From NCBI GenBank assembly GCA_002811645.1, contig PDIP01000037.1, positions 7,345 to 71,344 of the forward strand: a stretch of 64,000 bases of DNA, given 5' to 3'. Both the position numbers and the translations under genes were made by a program. Positions 62,045-64,000 of the stretch are shown in pieces (position 1 is the first letter of the stretch; each line of letters starts with the position of its first letter). The notes under the pieces were generated by a model. The model was given only the letters and a program-made list of their open reading frames with translations. It was not told the DNA's origin and searched no databases. The stretch comes from Corallochytrium limacisporum Hawaii (Eukaryota > Protista > Pluriformea).

Positions 62045-63983
62045 GGTTTGGTGTGTGGTCCGTGCTGCCACGTACGCTGCGAGGGCTAATAATCCTTGAT
62101 CCTGTGTTCACTGCTCGCTTACGCTACCCTTTTTCACTGAATCTTCGGTCTGCTTGGAAAACAAAGTCCTTCAGTCCCTAAATGCTTCGAGAGGCGACAA
62201 ATTGACATCCACAGTGGCCCCTGAAATAGCTTCTCGTGGCAGGGTGGGACACGTATCAAATTTCGGTGCCTTGTCAACCCCCCCCCCCTTTTTGTCCCGA
62301 GCGCGCACAATTACTGTGCCTCGCGGCCCCCCCTTCGCCCGTTGCTCCTCTGAAGCCGCTGGAGGCGCGCGACTATTTTGGGCACCCAGGCAAGTTGTCC
62401 ACCCCCCCCTTTCTGGGCGCTCGGAGGAAATCTCTGCAAGTCCTCTCGTTCTCATCTGCCCTTTCTGCAGGCTACTCCTCAAGTTATCTCACCCTCTTAC
62501 TATCGCAAAGGAGCAAGATTAATGGAATGGTTCCCTCCAACCCTCGCTGACCTAAAAATAATCAAACCCCCCCCCCTTGGCAGCACGTCACCACCGTACA
62601 GCTCAGCTGTTCTGGGTTCCCTCAGATCTCCCCCTTTCTGGCTTCGTTCGGATCTCCCCCTTGTGGTTTCCTTCAGATATTCCCCATAGTTCTTGTCTGC
62701 GACGGCTCCGTAATCTCCTCGTGGCACTGGGTTGGCGTCAACCTTGACATACCCCAGCTGGCGAGTCGCGCTCAGGAAGATGCCTACCCGTCATGTGTCT
62801 GGTTCATGGGACATTCACGTAGCTCCGGGAGACAACAAATTCCTACACAATTTGGGAGGAAGGGGAGGAAGTTTAATCAGCCATTTCTTTGCATCGGTAT
62901 TTCTGGTACCGTGGTACCACCGCTCCTTCGCAGCGTGACAACACGTACGGAATGAACGGTCCCATTTACAAATGGTAACAATTCAAACGAAACCTATCAA
63001 GGACGCACCATCCTGTACTCGAGCGCCACGTACGGTTTGAAGAACCAGGGCTGTGGCATTTTGTAGCTGTACACCGCTGGCCCGTACAGAAGCAGGCAGG
63101 CCGCGTGATACCCATGGCACGCCATCACATTCTATCCAGAACGGCTCCCTTCTCTCGTCCGGAGTTCTCTTAGTAGTTGAGAGCAAAGATTAAAATGGAC
63201 AAGGATAGAGAATGGTGAAGTAAAGCGAACGGGGCCAGTCGAAAACGCGGAAAAATGCAATCAATGCGACTGTACCCAAGATAAACGTTAAAGATTAGGG
63301 TGTGCCCAAATAAGCCAGTCCTCATATTTGTACACGGGTTGTCGTACCAGGGCTCACAGCATACACTCTGCGACACCAACTTGTAAAGCATCCACTTGTA
63401 ATCTAGTACGATAGTAGGTCCAAGATGGGGGCGTAGCAGACAGTATAGGGACAAAATATGCAACGGTGGCGCACGGGGACGTGTATAGGGTACTGATACT
63501 AAATTAAATTGCACGGAAAAACCTTCCCCTAACGTAACCCTTATCAAAATTGAAGTCTACGGGAGCGGCCACTGTTAGTTCCGGGGTGCCTCCTTCCCAC
63601 TCCCTTTCAGGCGAGCTTCGCACCGGAGTTGATGCGTCCTCCCATCTCAGTCAGGCAGGGTCTAATGATGAAGCAAGATTCAATGGCGGGCACAAAAGTT
63701 CTGCTTTCGAGGTTCCAGAGGCTCGCGTTAGGTCTGGTCGAATAGGTCATAGTCTGGGAGTGGTCAGGAACGAAGAAGGCCACAAAGAGTGTCTTCTCGT
63801 CACCCTAACCAAGGCCAATCAACCAATCCCTCTAAACATTGTACGCGTGCGCAGTGCCTGAGTCATACACCACTGCGAACAACTCTGAACGGACGAGTTC
63901 CCAACTGCAATCCACCTGAGAACGCATCCCTTCAGACAACTTCAATCGAGGTCTCCCCAGTGGTTATCGTTGTCACAGCCTGC

Positions 63984-64000
63984 GTTAGGGTTAGGGTTAG
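63984..64000 (+). repeat. Start of telomeric (TTAGGG)n array
   Basis: GTTAGGGTTAGGGTTAG runs to the last base, with the G-rich strand pointing toward the end as expected for a right telomere. Only ~2.8 units are visible. Confidence 0.8.

Noticed and set aside
1-64000. Transposons, Fanzor/TnpB, CRISPR arrays, rRNA, snRNA, viral genes
   Set aside because: No transposase, reverse transcriptase or RuvC motifs, repeat-spacer arrays, or U1/U2/U5/U6/SRP signatures were seen by eye.

Overview
Gene-dense, almost intron-free eukaryotic chromosome end. About 24 recognisable protein-coding genes are present and only one intron is clear (in RPL27A). The window ends in (TTAGGG)n about 1.9 kb beyond the last intact gene. 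Gene content mixes animal-type proteins (Homer, KANSL1-like, Cfp1-like, PROSER3-like, ERICH2-like, costars) with enzymes animals lack (ketopantoate reductase, GT5 glucan synthase). This suggests a unicellular holozoan such as Corallochytrium; that is an inference. Genes are mostly divergent or convergent pairs, with GC/homopolymer-rich promoter islands carrying recurrent GGGGCC(W) and CnGn motifs. The strongest finding is a probable bicistronic ZNHIT3-DHX57 unit. The two ORFs are 15 nt apart, there is no ATG in any frame across the ~600 nt between their starts, ORF1 has a weak and ORF2 a strong start context, and a short uORF overlaps the ORF1 start. This pattern points to leaky scanning or reinitiation. 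All family calls are by eye from remembered motifs; no database search was run.
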